Shown: one piece after another, positions 43,031-43,268 of the stretch | How positions within the stretch are numbered: the stretch's first letter is position 1 | How the letters are laid out: each line of letters begins with the position of its first letter | UHGV virus genome: UHGV-0205610 | DNA from: a virus | Direction: 5' to 3' (one strand) | DNA length: 43,268 nucleotides | The notes under the pieces: model-generated | The model's database searches: none | The model's input: only the letters and a program-made list of their open reading frames with translations | Told to the model about the DNA's origin: nothing | Made by a program: the position numbers and the translations under genes

Positions 43031-43268
43031 AAAAATTTCCTCCTACTACAATATATTTATAGGTTATAAGGTACTACTAATCCCATTAGTAATCCCTTTT
43101 ATCTATCATGTTGCTTAAGCTGTTAAAATGAGAGGGCAATGGTCGGGCATATTCCTCCTTGGACTTTGCGTCCGTGATTAAGTCTGCCAACCAGCTGCTC
43201 ATTCACAGCGTTCGTTTTATGCAGGTTGAACTGCTGTTTACCAGTACGTTCGTGTCACACCCCAGTAG

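Overview
The whole 43.3 kb window is a low-GC temperate siphovirus genome of Firmicutes (Enterococcus/Lactobacillales-like); I see no host genes. Nearly all genes are on the minus strand, in two blocks. The first block (15577 down to about 1600) starts at a Cro-like HTH and holds the early, replication and recombination genes, including a Rha antirepressor and two orphan DNA methyltransferases. The second block (from beyond 43268 down to 19488) runs from two acidic early proteins and an Aca-like HTH to the endolysin, and contains a phage tRNA. A plus-strand lysogeny module lies between the two blocks: CI-like repressor, ImmA/IrrE peptidase, tyrosine integrase and a LysM lipoprotein. An IS110-family transposase is cut by the left window edge. 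The order late-genes/int/early-genes, and what may be the other end of the same IS at the right window edge, suggest a circularly permuted phage genome rather than a simple chromosomal prophage. Findings I would look at first: a plus-strand moron encoding a nucleoside 2-deoxyribosyltransferase-like (NDT/TIR-like) protein with its own extended -10 promoter, inside the antisense early operon; two strongly acidic small proteins plus a short HTH at the start of the second gene block, an anti-defence-like locus; a -1 programmed frameshift (CCCAAAA) that would add an Ig-like Big_2 domain to the major capsid protein; pentamer iterons inside the replisome-organizer gene; paired GCGGGGC heptamers in the int 3-prime coding sequence and in the int/LysM-lipoprotein intergenic region, with dyad symmetry in that intergenic region. 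All calls come from reading the sequence and the ORF translations; no database search was possible.
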